64,000 nt of DNA from a virus. Each line of letters opens with the position of its first letter. Position 1 is the stretch's first letter. This document shows, one piece after another, positions 41,072-51,584 of this stretch. The notes under the pieces are model-generated. The model searched no databases, was not told the origin of the DNA, and was given only the letters and a program-made list of their open reading frames with translations. A program made the position numbers and the translations under genes. The stretch is taken from positions 31,646 through 95,645 of IMG/VR virus record IMGVR_UViG_3300022752_000036; one strand, 5' to 3'.

Positions 41072-41392
41072 TCAAGATGTTGTTATTTTTACGCCAGAGA
41101 TAAACATTGAAACTGCTGAGTTATTTGATGCAGTTACTAGAATGCTTTCTGCTGTATTGAGAACTTGCTTAATGTCTAGTGTTAAAAATGTTTGTGGAGG
41201 TAGGCTTAGCTGATATGCCAAGAATACTCCTGCCATTTTAACATTGAATGTCTGTGCGACAAGTGTAAGATTTTGCACTGTAATTGATGTAATTACATCT
41301 GTCTCTGCTGCTGGAACTGTCCAAACACCTGTTTCGGCATTTGTCAAAATTCCTGCATAAAAACGTGCTGGCAAACTGACTGTTGTTGGCAT
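41072..41392 (-). CDS. Small beta-sandwich structural protein
   Basis: WTVPA, ITSITVQN, VLNTAESI, MFISG; similar to N-terminal domain of 34554-36944. Confidence 0.6.
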   Translation of the reverse strand: MPTTVSLPARFYAGILTNAETGVWTVPAAETDVITSITVQNLTLVAQTFNVKMAGVFLAYQLSLPPQTFLTLDIKQVLNTAESILVTASNNSAVSMFISGVKITTS

Positions 41393-41393
41393 T

Positions 41394-41726
41394 TTATATT
41401 ACTCCCATGTTCTGATAAATTGTAAAGTTATTTAATTCATTTGCAACAGCTGCTACTTGTGTTGCTCCTGCTGCTGCTACCGCAGCTACTTGTGTACTTC
41501 CTGCTGATGTAACTGTTGTGACTGCGCCAGTTACTGCAGTTGAGATATCGTTGAGTTTTGTATTTGTAGCTGCCAAAACATCGTTGACTCCCAAAAGATT
41601 TCCCATTGATTCAATTGCTTTTGCTAAATAAACCAATTCTTGTGCGCCAAGGGTGGATCCGCTAAGGGCTGAGACCTTAGTCTTAAAAAGATCTACCTGT
41701 GCTGTTAAACTTGCATAATCTGGCAT
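41394..41726 (-). CDS. Short helical fibre or anchor protein
   Basis: N-terminus MPDYASLTAQV...LGV paralogous to 43103-43774; TGCTATACT at 41747-41755. Confidence 0.6.
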   Translation of the reverse strand: MPDYASLTAQVDLFKTKVSALSGSTLGAQELVYLAKAIESMGNLLGVNDVLAATNTKLNDISTAVTGAVTTVTSAGSTQVAAVAAAGATQVAAVANELNNFTIYQNMGVI

Positions 41727-41763
41727 TATTTCATCACCTCTGTATTAGTATAGCATAACAACA

Positions 41764-42171
41764 TTATAATGTAGGCTCTACTGGGTAGACTATATTATGA
41801 TTTGTTACTGTTTCTGGAAGGTCTCTAAGAGCTTGTCTATAAACCCTCCATTCTTCTCTTTTTTCCTCAGACATAGGAGCAGTTTCGGTCCAGTCTGATA
41901 ATTTTAATAGGCTGTCTCTTCTAGCTCTGGCAACATTTAAAGCCCCTGTATATTCAATTGCCGCTTCCCACTCTGCATATTCTTCTTCAGTCATAGCACG
42001 TGGATTTCCATTATTATAAATTAGATGCTTTGTATCTGGAAATAGAGAATCTACCTCATACCATACTGAGCCATCTTCTGTATTACGAGTTGGCTTTTCT
42101 AGTGCTTGAGAGGTTTCAACCTGAATTCCTTCTCCATTAAATCTAGCGTATAGCTTTATTCCGTCATCCAT
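41764..42171 (-). CDS. Phage tail-fibre assembly chaperone
   Basis: RARRDSLLKLSDWT...WRVYRQALRDLP...YP motif. Confidence 0.8.
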   Translation of the reverse strand: MDDGIKLYARFNGEGIQVETSQALEKPTRNTEDGSVWYEVDSLFPDTKHLIYNNGNPRAMTEEEYAEWEAAIEYTGALNVARARRDSLLKLSDWTETAPMSEEKREEWRVYRQALRDLPETVTNHNIVYPVEPTL

Positions 42172-43103
42172 TATCTATCTCCATATAGTGTTGCTGCATG
42201 ATTCCAAATCTTATAAGAATCAATTGTTGATGTATAGTTAGCATTATTTACTTCTGCATAAGTTAATGCTGCTTGAGTTAGTCTCAAATCTGGCTGAACA
42301 AAGTTATTTGACCCAGTAAATGTTCCTTGTAGGTTATAGAATGCATTATTTTCATTCCAGTGATACTGGTTTCCTGTATCAGTCCAGTAGTAAAATGTAT
42401 TACATAGAAGGACTACGCAAGATTCTCCAGCATTTAAAGTAAAGCTTCCTGAAATACCAGCATTTGTTGGGCTACCGCCTGTATATGTAGCAAGGTTTGT
42501 CCATGACATGCCGTTAGCTGCTGAATATTTTGTTCCTGTTGTGTATGTTGGTCTTCCAACTTGAAGACCTGCACCATCGTATCCGCTGCACCAATATGTT
42601 GATATTAGTCCCCATACTGAAACTGTTTGTTGAGTTGTTCCAAAGTTTCTAAGGAACATCACACGAGAACCGAAAGGTCCATAGCAGGTAGTTCTTGGGT
42701 GCGTATGCATACGTGAATTTGATGTCCCGCACATATTATTTGTTGCAAAATCTAAACGCTTATAAGCGGCAGACCAGAATGACTTTCTGTTTTCATTCAT
42801 ATTTCTATATCCACCTAAAGCATACCAAAATGCTCTTTCAGCATCCCATGGCTGTGTTCCAGTTAAATATGTGTAGAAGTTTGTCCAGTCATCTGAGTTA
42901 TCCCATGAATAGTTATTCATGAAAGCATTTCCACGATGATTTACAGAATAAATAGAAGGAATAGTATATGGTCTTCTTGATCCATCTGTTACCTCTTTAA
43001 ATACATCTAGAGCTGGAGTTATTCCAAGTGAGGCTGCTGTTATCCCCAAAGAGCTTGAAGAAATTCCATTTGTTTGTAAATATAAAGAATCATAATTTGC
43101 CAT
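42171..43103 (-). CDS. Aromatic-rich receptor-binding or adhesin candidate
   Basis: TAATG-coupled to upstream fibre; W/Y/N/T-rich; followed by chaperone. Confidence 0.55.
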   Translation of the reverse strand: MANYDSLYLQTNGISSSSLGITAASLGITPALDVFKEVTDGSRRPYTIPSIYSVNHRGNAFMNNYSWDNSDDWTNFYTYLTGTQPWDAERAFWYALGGYRNMNENRKSFWSAAYKRLDFATNNMCGTSNSRMHTHPRTTCYGPFGSRVMFLRNFGTTQQTVSVWGLISTYWCSGYDGAGLQVGRPTYTTGTKYSAANGMSWTNLATYTGGSPTNAGISGSFTLNAGESCVVLLCNTFYYWTDTGNQYHWNENNAFYNLQGTFTGSNNFVQPDLRLTQAALTYAEVNNANYTSTIDSYKIWNHAATLYGDR

Positions 43104-43774
43104 TATAGTAGTACCCATCCTCTTGTAGCGTTAACATAAACTAAAGTAATTGAAGCTCCAGGTACGTTAACGATTAGATCTTCTTGTAGCCCTTGTATTC
43201 TTTCACTATTTCTTGCTATTGTAAATCCTGGTGTTGTTGTATTTACTGTTCCTCCTGTTGCTTCAACAAATTGAACTGTCATTCCTGCTGAAGGTCCTAA
43301 AGGTAGCGTTACTGTAATGCCTTGTGTTGTAATAAATCTTCTGTGACCATTTGCTGCAGTATATGAAGTATTTTGAAGTGCCCAGGCTGCTGGAACATTT
43401 GCAATTGATGTTTGAAGAGCAGATACTGTTGACTGAAGTGTTGTATATTGTGTTGAATTTGTAGAAACAAATCCTTCAATGTTTGTTACTTTACCTTCAA
43501 GTGTGGTGATCTTTCCTTCTGCAGTTGTTAATCTTGATCCATTAGTTCCACTATTAAATGCTGTAATTGCAGCATCTTTATTGGTATTAATAGTTGCTAC
43601 TCCATCAACTACCGCATTATTTATATCTGCAACTCCTAGTGTATTTGCTATTGAATTTAAAGCCGCTCCAACTAGTTGCAAATCGTTTGGGCTTAATGTG
43701 CCACTCGTCATAAGAGCTGATGCGGCAGTTTTAAACTGTGTGATCTGCGATGATAATGATGAGTAATCTGGCAT
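43103..43774 (-). CDS. Fibre protein: coiled coil plus T4-like fibre repeat domain
   Basis: RLTTAEGKITTLEGKV coiled coil; ITVTLP.GP..G, TIARN..RIQG, LVYVNATRGW. Confidence 0.7.
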   Translation of the reverse strand: MPDYSSLSSQITQFKTAASALMTSGTLSPNDLQLVGAALNSIANTLGVADINNAVVDGVATINTNKDAAITAFNSGTNGSRLTTAEGKITTLEGKVTNIEGFVSTNSTQYTTLQSTVSALQTSIANVPAAWALQNTSYTAANGHRRFITTQGITVTLPLGPSAGMTVQFVEATGGTVNTTTPGFTIARNSERIQGLQEDLIVNVPGASITLVYVNATRGWVLL

Positions 43775-43777
43775 TTT

Positions 43778-46700
43778 TTAGGCCTGCGCTTCTGTCCATG
43801 ATAGCGTTGCTGAAATATTAGCCGCCGATGAACCTAGATTTGTTGCAACAATTGTTAGAATATCTGGAGCATTTGGGAATCCTGGACAAGCAGTGCTTCC
43901 ATCTCCATTTAGAATTGAGTTTCCAAGATCTCTAACTTTTGTAAGGTCTACACGAGTTACTGAGTAGTTTGTACCACCAGCGTTATCTGTGTAGAATGCG
44001 AACACACGGTCTCCTCCAGATACGGTATTTGTAGGAGATAGAACTGGAGATCCTGGTACACCTGTTCCATCGTGATAAATAATTTGTGCAAGTGAACCTG
44101 AACCCACACGGCTACCTGCCCATGCTGAAGGAATACTTACACCGTTTAGCGACTGTGCATTAAGAATTCCTTCAATAAGGAACTGACCCTGTGAAAGAAT
44201 GTTAATATTAAACAGTTTTAGCTGCATCGTATTCATAAGTTCACGAAGACCAAAGTTACGTCCAGTACCATTATCTACAGATGGCGCTACTCTAAGTGAA
44301 ATTAGAGGACGTGCCTGCTGTGTAGCTCCGAATGTCTGAACAACACCTCCGTTTGGAGTTACGCTTGAAGATGCTTCATCTGCTTGAGCTAAGGCGTAAG
44401 AAATTGTATTTGATGTAACGTTTGCTATTAAAAATGTTCCATTGAAATAACTTGAAGTTGTTGCTGTTGCACCAGCTCCTACTGCTGTAAATGGAATATT
44501 TGTTGATGTTCTAGAGAACTGTATTGTTGTAGAAGTTGTTCCAGTAATGGTCCATGTACCATTAAATACTGAGTCTACTCCAGTAATTACAACTGTTTGT
44601 CCAGTTCTATGTTTATGTGCTTGAGATGTAGTAATGCTTGCAATATTTGAAGTTAATTGCTTATATGTAATTACTGATATATCATCTACACCAGAAATTG
44701 TTGCATTATAACCTGCAAGTAATGAGTGTGGTGCTGATGTTGTAAGTGTTGCTACACCTGAACTTCTAACTCTTGATACGATTGTTGCTGAAACCGATCC
44801 AGAACCACCGACCTGTAGATATCTCTGCATACCTGCTGTAAAGATGAAGGAAGCATCATCATCGAAGCCTCCGTCCATGATAACAGAAGATCCCCAGTGA
44901 GCCATAACTGGAGCACACTCTTGTGAGATTACCTGTACAGAAACCTGTGCTGAGCCTGAGCCTCCTGGAATTGTTGCATCTGGTCTGAATGTTGCTGCTG
45001 TATATGTACCATTTAAGCTAATTCCTTGACCGCCGTAGTATGTTACATAAGGTTGTCTACGTATCAAGTTAATAGCGTATCCTTTTGCAACATTGCTATA
45101 TGCGCCAATTGAAGTGTATCTTGCAATTTCACAATAATTTTCATCTGAAATTCTTAGATATCCATCTGAAGGCCAGTAGTCGACATTTTCAACATACATA
45201 ACGGTATCTTGTGGAAGTAGATTTGATCCTCTTACTGCAGTTCCGCCTGCTACTAACTTAGAAAACTTTGTTGGCTCATTAATTGCTTCATAACGTGCTG
45301 GCAAGTTACCTGATCTTTGGTAAGCTTGTACATTTACGTTATTGTGAGAAATTTCATGACACCAAGTAATCTTTCCACCTTGACCTCTAAATCCGTAGCG
45401 GATTGTTCCAGCTCCGTACCATGAGTAATCAATATATGTCATCTGCATCTTTGATGGATCAAAGATATGTCCTGAAGGCCCTGTTCCATCAAATTTGTCT
45501 AGAATCCAGTCCTTCTGCGGTATCTTAACAATTTGAGTTTTGCGATACTTAACGCTTGACTGTGTAGCTCCACGGTATGCGGGTGCAATTGTCATAGAAG
45601 TATCTGATGCAATTTGAATAACTCTATATGATTGTCCACGGATTACAATTTTATCTCCAGATACAAGCTGTTTTCTAAAAATTGTTCCAGATCCAGTTAC
45701 TGTGCTGTTATATTTTGTAACAGAAATGTTTCCTCTTAATTCTTGTGTTGACCATTGACGACAAGCATATATTCCCTGTCCATCATATTCAAAGAAAAAT
45801 CCGTCCTGCTCTGAATATAGTCCTGCTCTTGTGGAAGCGCCTTTCCACTTATATGCAGTTACATATGTATTAACTCCACCTGGAATTTGATCAATTGCAG
45901 AAATTGGCGAAGCAAAATTTACATTATATTTAAATGTAGTTGCATCAATAACAGATGTAACTAGATGGATACCATTGAATGGATTATATTCTCCAGATAC
46001 TTCAACCCCTTCAACTTTTACATATGCGCCTGGCTGCAAATTATGTGAAGAAAGAGTTGTTACTGTAATATCATTTGATCCAATAGTAATTCCATTAGAA
46101 GCAATATACTCAACTTCAAATGTTGGAGTAAATTTTGTTCCTGTTGAGAACTGAATTGATTTACCTGACTGATAGCGGAAGAATCTACGTGACTGACGTA
46201 TTGTTTGAGTTCCGCATACGTTATTACCAGTAGACATAATAACTCCGCCGTCCATTGGTCGGTGGTTAACATATCCTTCTGGTTTTGCATAGAATCCTTG
46301 ATCTGTTGTATTGATTGGATTCAAAATTTGAGAAGCTGCCATAAATGACATTGAGTTTGGTGTTGCTACCGTATCAATGAAAAAGCTTCCAAAGAAATTG
46401 CTTCCTTCTTTTTGTGTAATAAGAATTGGGGTTCCTGGCAAAAGTCCGTGTGGCTTTGATGATACAACTGTAATTCTTGATGGCGTTGCCTGATCAGATA
46501 CTGCAGAGAATGAACCTAACTGTCCTACAATTCCACCCATAATATGAGCATTATCAAAAATTCCTCCACCATAAATAGATGTTAGAGTACCATCTTGCAC
46601 ATCTCCATTTACAATACCTTTTGCTGTATATGTAAATGTATTTGCTCCTGTTGGAAAAACTAAAAATGTTCCATCAGCATTGTCGTTAGTTGTTTCTTGT

Positions 46701-47263
46701 ACAGAAATAACATCTCCTGAGCTCAAACCATGTGGGCTATTACATGTTACTGTAACTGTTGAAAGCGGAGATTGTCCTCCACCTATAATAAACTGAACAT
46801 CAAGAGCATTTCCTCCAGAGGCTCTGCCAAAGAAGCCTGGATAGTTTTGAATCATTGTGAGTGTTTCCCACTTTGAGTTCTGAATACCATATTCAAAGTC
46901 TGTATCAATAAGAGACTTAGGAGAAGCAACTCTTAGCTTTCCGACGGCGTCCACCATATAGTCTGCTGGCTCAAATCTTTCATTATTTTCGTCATAAACA
47001 ATCTGCCATGAATCTGTTGTCAACATGTTTGCAGTATTATATTTTAGAGTTAACTTAGTTGCACCATGTGCTGGATCTGTTGTAGTATCTACAGAGTAAT
47101 TATATAGTCCTAGGGAAGGATCGGCAAAATTGTAAACAACCTTGTTGGCTGTAGTATTAGTAATTAGGAGAAGTTTTTCTCTACGAATAATTTGAGGGAT
47201 CGTTAATTCGCCAGTTCCTGGTACAAATTTCAATCCTGTAAGGTTTACAATTTTTCTTGCCAT
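43778..47263 (-). CDS. Large virion structural protein with repeated TxxxxHGLxxG (FCCH-like) domains
   Basis: SPHGLSSGD, KPHGLLPGT, SSHNLQPG, APHSLLAG, QAHKHRTGQ repeats; FRYQSGK, YSWYGAG core. Confidence 0.7.
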   Translation of the reverse strand: MARKIVNLTGLKFVPGTGELTIPQIIRREKLLLITNTTANKVVYNFADPSLGLYNYSVDTTTDPAHGATKLTLKYNTANMLTTDSWQIVYDENNERFEPADYMVDAVGKLRVASPKSLIDTDFEYGIQNSKWETLTMIQNYPGFFGRASGGNALDVQFIIGGGQSPLSTVTVTCNSPHGLSSGDVISVQETTNDNADGTFLVFPTGANTFTYTAKGIVNGDVQDGTLTSIYGGGIFDNAHIMGGIVGQLGSFSAVSDQATPSRITVVSSKPHGLLPGTPILITQKEGSNFFGSFFIDTVATPNSMSFMAASQILNPINTTDQGFYAKPEGYVNHRPMDGGVIMSTGNNVCGTQTIRQSRRFFRYQSGKSIQFSTGTKFTPTFEVEYIASNGITIGSNDITVTTLSSHNLQPGAYVKVEGVEVSGEYNPFNGIHLVTSVIDATTFKYNVNFASPISAIDQIPGGVNTYVTAYKWKGASTRAGLYSEQDGFFFEYDGQGIYACRQWSTQELRGNISVTKYNSTVTGSGTIFRKQLVSGDKIVIRGQSYRVIQIASDTSMTIAPAYRGATQSSVKYRKTQIVKIPQKDWILDKFDGTGPSGHIFDPSKMQMTYIDYSWYGAGTIRYGFRGQGGKITWCHEISHNNVNVQAYQRSGNLPARYEAINEPTKFSKLVAGGTAVRGSNLLPQDTVMYVENVDYWPSDGYLRISDENYCEIARYTSIGAYSNVAKGYAINLIRRQPYVTYYGGQGISLNGTYTAATFRPDATIPGGSGSAQVSVQVISQECAPVMAHWGSSVIMDGGFDDDASFIFTAGMQRYLQVGGSGSVSATIVSRVRSSGVATLTTSAPHSLLAGYNATISGVDDISVITYKQLTSNIASITTSQAHKHRTGQTVVITGVDSVFNGTWTITGTTSTTIQFSRTSTNIPFTAVGAGATATTSSYFNGTFLIANVTSNTISYALAQADEASSSVTPNGGVVQTFGATQQARPLISLRVAPSVDNGTGRNFGLRELMNTMQLKLFNINILSQGQFLIEGILNAQSLNGVSIPSAWAGSRVGSGSLAQIIYHDGTGVPGSPVLSPTNTVSGGDRVFAFYTDNAGGTNYSVTRVDLTKVRDLGNSILNGDGSTACPGFPNAPDILTIVATNLGSSAANISATLSWTEAQA

Positions 47264-47275
47264 ATTTGTTTTCTC

Positions 47276-47896
47276 CTAAAATATCATGCTTGTTGCTAAA
47301 AGCGTAGCATTGTTTTGTGTCATGTTTGTTAAGAATTGATACTTTGGATAATAAACTCCAAGGTTTAAAACTTGGTCTGCTTTCCAAGAGTTTAATTCAT
47401 TAATTACATTTTGAACTGCTGTTTCACCAGCTGGTCCTGTAGCACCAGTTGGTCCCGTGACTCCTTGTGCTCCGTTATTTCCTGCTGGACCTTTTAAGTT
47501 TCCTTGAAGGACCCATGTACTGTTGTTAGAATTATACTGAAATAAATCTCCAGTTGTTGTATTTAAATATGTATCTAGTCCAGCTTTATTTGCTGGATTA
47601 TTTGAAGTAGGATTATTAATTCCTACAAACGTGTAAGTTCCTCTTGCTCCCGCCACACCTTGTGCTCCAGGTGCACCAGCAGGACCAGTAGGTCCTTGAG
47701 GAATTTGAAAATTAAATATTGCAGCACTAGATGTTCCGCCATTTGTAATTTGTGCTGGTGTTCCTGCTGCAACAGTTGTTACTGTTCCAACAGAAATAGT
47801 TGCTGCTGGTCCCGTTGGTCCAGTAGCACCTTGGGGTCCTGGTCTTGATCCTGCGACTGTTACCCAAGAGGATCCGTTCCATCTTTTTAGTGACAT
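47276..47896 (-). CDS. Short collagen-like protein
   Basis: GXY stretches, ISVGTVTT...FNFQIPQG bead, N-terminal LKRWNGSSW; TGGTATACT at 47920-47928. Confidence 0.8.
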   Translation of the reverse strand: MSLKRWNGSSWVTVAGSRPGPQGATGPTGPAATISVGTVTTVAAGTPAQITNGGTSSAAIFNFQIPQGPTGPAGAPGAQGVAGARGTYTFVGINNPTSNNPANKAGLDTYLNTTTGDLFQYNSNNSTWVLQGNLKGPAGNNGAQGVTGPTGATGPAGETAVQNVINELNSWKADQVLNLGVYYPKYQFLTNMTQNNATLLATSMIF

Positions 47897-47934
47897 ATTT
47901 TCATACCCCTCCTACCTAAAGTATACCAGAATGA

Positions 47935-50814
47935 TTATTCAAATCCCATCCAGGCGAGTGCTTTTAGGTCTTCAAATACTGTCGAATTTGAAGTTATTAT
48001 TGAGTTTATATTATTTGCTGTTACAATGGCAAGCCATTGTCCTTGACTTCTAACATACGCTAAACCAGTGGAGGCGTCGGCAGCGACAAATCCATTAGGA
48101 GCGTTTGCTGGAAAATCTGCTTGTGTTGCATAGTTAGTAAAAGTTAAATCCTTATAATAAGAAGGAGTTTCATTATCATTAAGGTCTACCCATAATTGAA
48201 CATTGTTTGGGTTTGGAGCTTCTGTTCCAAATTCTAAAATTGCTCCATCATAATCATCAGTATCAATCCATAATTCTCCTGCATACGATGGGGTCGCTGG
48301 CTCATTTGCGCTATAAATTAATTCTTGAATTGGCTCAACATTATCAACCCAAAATTCATATTGCTGTGGATCTGGAGCTACTCCTCCAGTATAGAATTGA
48401 TTAAATGGAGTATCAATATCATCAACGTCAATCCATAAATCTCCATTTGCTGTTGCGCCAACTGGTGGAGCTACTAATCCAACAAAGAATGTGCTTGGAG
48501 GAGCAGTAACATCTGTAGGAATTAATGTAAGGCCTCCACCACCGCCGCCAGAACCTTGAATGTCTTGCCATAACAAACCATCCCAAACCTTAAGCTTATC
48601 TAATGGTTTGTTATAATAAATTTGTCCATGTACTGGACTTGCTGGTGGTCCATCTAGTCCAATAATTACACCATTTGTATAAGTATTTTTAGATGTCCAA
48701 GTATTTGTTGTTGAAAGAGAAAGATCTGTTGCTACATATTCCCAAGTAGATGACAATGCATTCCATACCTTTAGCGATCTTGTATTTCCGCTTCTATATT
48801 CATCTGTATCAAACCAAAAAGCTCCGTCTGCTGGGTTTGTTGGAGCAGAAGCAGACATTATTGCTTTTGAAGGAGGAATAATTGTTTCTAAAATTAATCG
48901 ATTATTTGTATCGTCATATGTTGCTACTATATTTGGATTTTGGCCATGTGTAAAAAGCGGTGCTATATAATCTTGAGCTTGTTCTTGTGTAAGCTGAGCA
49001 GTAACAGCAAGATTAATTCTATTATTTACATCGTCATATGTTGCTGTAACATTTGAATGATTTGAGTGTGTGAACAAAGACGATACTGAGTCTTGTGCTG
49101 CTTCTGTAAATCCAGGCAGGTTGGCAGTTGTAATGTCAAAGTTTAATTTTCCTGTAGCATCATCATATGTAGCACTAAATCCTGTAGGTTCTGTATTTCC
49201 AGATACCATGCCGCCTGCAACATCTTGAATTTTTTCGTCTGCATTAGTTAATGCTAGATAGGTGCTTGCCGCATCAACTATACTTAGCTTTGTAGCAAGT
49301 GCATTTGTAATAGTTGTTACAAAATTAGAATCGTCCCCGATAGCTGCAGCTATTTCATTTAATGTATCAAGAAGTGCTGGTGCTCCATCTACAAGGTTAG
49401 ATATCGCTGTGTTTACATAAGATTGAGTAGCAATAGAATTTGTGTCTACTCCTATTGTTATTGTTTGTGAAAAATTATAAAGTGTCCATGAAGCATTGGG
49501 AGCTCCGCCTGGCTCTGGTGGATATCCTGGATTTGATGGATTTCCAGTTCTAATAAAATAAGATCCTACTATTCCGTATGGGCTTCCCTCTGGAATACTT
49601 ACAACATCATTTAATGCATAACTGTATCCGTTGTTGTAGTCTCCAAGATAGTTAGGTGGAGTTGATGATGATGTTTTTGTTATTCCAGTTCCTGCAGTTA
49701 ATGCAGTAGCAATTGCAGATATTGTTTCTGCTTGATCATAAGTTGCTGTTAAGCTAAGTTTTGCTGCTGTATCGTCATATGCAACTGTAATATTATAATG
49801 TGTGCCATCTGTAATTAATTTAGCAGCCTTATCTTGAATTCTTTCATCAATGTCTAATTGCGACTGTGGCACAAATCCATTTTCATCAAGTTCTGCTACG
49901 CCATCTACCGCTCCCATTAAATTAAGTGGTATATATGTTGCTGCAGATGTATTGCTTAATCCAGATACTGCTGTATCGACGTATATTTTTGATGCCATTG
50001 TGTCTGTATTTGTCCACAGACCAGTTGTGGCGTTATATATTAAAACTTCTCCTGTTGCTGGAGCTGTTATTTTTACATTATGTAGCTCTTGTAGCTCAAA
50101 TCCATTTTGGATCTTAACAAATATTTCACCATTTTGTGGATGAGCTCTAGTTACAATTCCAATAAATACAAGATGATTTGGAGCCGATGGTTTATTAGTA
50201 AGTCCATATATAAGAGTTCCATTTGGACCTAGCCATACTGGGTCTCCCGCCGTTGCAGAAGAAGTATTTAAACCTGGCAACAATCCTTCTGAAACAACAA
50301 ATCCAGAGTCGTTTATAGCAAGACTCTGTCCCATTAATCCTAAAGTTTTAGAAGATGTAGACTCTGCAGAATACGAAGCTGCAGTAACTATCATATTTGT
50401 TCCAGTTGCTCCTGAAACGTATACTGGCTGTCCTATGCTTAATGCTTGTCCAGCTTTTACTATATGCTTAACCTGTGCTGCATATCCTGCTGCTGGTACT
50501 TGAGAAACATTTAAAACAATTCTATCTGCTACCTGGTTCCAGGTTGCAGTTATGTTTTGATGGTCAGTATGGTTAAGTAGGCTAGCTGCAAGATCTTTAA
50601 TTTCTTCTGGATCTTGAAAATTTAATTCTAGCTGTGTTACTTTATAGTCAAGCGAATTTGGGTCAGTTGAATTATTAACACCGACCTTTTGTTCAAGGGC
50701 TTCAATTGCGTCATTTGCATTAGCATGCTGGGCGGCATGCGAAACTTCCTTGACAGAATCCGTACTTTGAGGATTTACAAGTTCGTCTAAGCTAGTTGGA
50801 AATGACGTTGCCAT
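47935..50814 (-). CDS. Multidomain fibre or decoration protein
   Basis: MATSFPTSLD anchor, GQPVYV...FIGIV domain, YDD repeats, APALLDTLNEIAAAIGDD repeat, P..GxxWxD repeats; TATAAT 7 nt before ATG. Confidence 0.75.
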   Translation of the reverse strand: MATSFPTSLDELVNPQSTDSVKEVSHAAQHANANDAIEALEQKVGVNNSTDPNSLDYKVTQLELNFQDPEEIKDLAASLLNHTDHQNITATWNQVADRIVLNVSQVPAAGYAAQVKHIVKAGQALSIGQPVYVSGATGTNMIVTAASYSAESTSSKTLGLMGQSLAINDSGFVVSEGLLPGLNTSSATAGDPVWLGPNGTLIYGLTNKPSAPNHLVFIGIVTRAHPQNGEIFVKIQNGFELQELHNVKITAPATGEVLIYNATTGLWTNTDTMASKIYVDTAVSGLSNTSAATYIPLNLMGAVDGVAELDENGFVPQSQLDIDERIQDKAAKLITDGTHYNITVAYDDTAAKLSLTATYDQAETISAIATALTAGTGITKTSSSTPPNYLGDYNNGYSYALNDVVSIPEGSPYGIVGSYFIRTGNPSNPGYPPEPGGAPNASWTLYNFSQTITIGVDTNSIATQSYVNTAISNLVDGAPALLDTLNEIAAAIGDDSNFVTTITNALATKLSIVDAASTYLALTNADEKIQDVAGGMVSGNTEPTGFSATYDDATGKLNFDITTANLPGFTEAAQDSVSSLFTHSNHSNVTATYDDVNNRINLAVTAQLTQEQAQDYIAPLFTHGQNPNIVATYDDTNNRLILETIIPPSKAIMSASAPTNPADGAFWFDTDEYRSGNTRSLKVWNALSSTWEYVATDLSLSTTNTWTSKNTYTNGVIIGLDGPPASPVHGQIYYNKPLDKLKVWDGLLWQDIQGSGGGGGGLTLIPTDVTAPPSTFFVGLVAPPVGATANGDLWIDVDDIDTPFNQFYTGGVAPDPQQYEFWVDNVEPIQELIYSANEPATPSYAGELWIDTDDYDGAILEFGTEAPNPNNVQLWVDLNDNETPSYYKDLTFTNYATQADFPANAPNGFVAADASTGLAYVRSQGQWLAIVTANNINSIITSNSTVFEDLKALAWMGFE

Positions 50815-50835
50815 ACTTGCTATTATACCCCCAGA

Positions 50836-51576
50836 TTAGTTATATTTCTTTCTGTTCCAGTATTTCCTTTTATAGTAACCTATAGAGCCTTTTTCATGAG
50901 ATTTACTGTCAATCTTGTTTCTAGACATTAAAATCTTACTAACTTGCATTTCCCAGTCTTGTCTCTTAAAAGGAAGCAGTTGTGCAATAGGGGTATTTTT
51001 TTTAATAACCCCTTCAAAATCTTCTCTTAGAAAAAATGGAATATTTCCACTTGGCACCCACCCATCACTATCTATTATTCCAGACAATGTTGTAAATGGT
51101 AGATCGTGTCTATTGAATGGATGCGTTACTAAAACAGAGTATCCTCTTGGGACCTTCCAGCCCCATTTTCCAGACCATACAAAATGATTTTGCATATGTC
51201 CTGCTGGTCTTGGAATTGTTGAGCCTGTAGATGACTTTCTTTCATTAATAAGTCTGCTGACTATTTGATTTTCTTCAACCTTATGATTGTGAGAATGTCT
51301 TTTTTTGTACGGCTCAAAAGATCCGTCCTCTTTAAGAACGCCATCTTCTATATATAAAACTCCATCTTCTTTATATATTCTAACATCATCAATTGTTGTC
51401 AAAACATATCCAGATAACATTACGTCTAAAAATGGTACGCAAGTTTTTAATGCTGCGGAACCATGTTCATCATATGTTTCTCCATCTTTATACCACTGAG
51501 GTATATGATTTTTTACTGGAGACGGAACAATTATATTTTCCAACCCTATAGATGGAACAAATTTAATTTTTTTCAT
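50836..51576 (-). CDS. dUTPase-like beta-fold protein of unknown function (paralogue family, DUF6065-like)
   Basis: IPQWYK, KTCVPFLD..LSGY, GYSVLVTHPFNR.DLPF.TLSGIID, TPIAQLLPFKR; family name from recall, needs HMM check. Confidence 0.6.
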   Translation of the reverse strand: MKKIKFVPSIGLENIIVPSPVKNHIPQWYKDGETYDEHGSAALKTCVPFLDVMLSGYVLTTIDDVRIYKEDGVLYIEDGVLKEDGSFEPYKKRHSHNHKVEENQIVSRLINERKSSTGSTIPRPAGHMQNHFVWSGKWGWKVPRGYSVLVTHPFNRHDLPFTTLSGIIDSDGWVPSGNIPFFLREDFEGVIKKNTPIAQLLPFKRQDWEMQVSKILMSRNKIDSKSHEKGSIGYYKRKYWNRKKYN

Positions 51577-51584
51577 TTACAATC

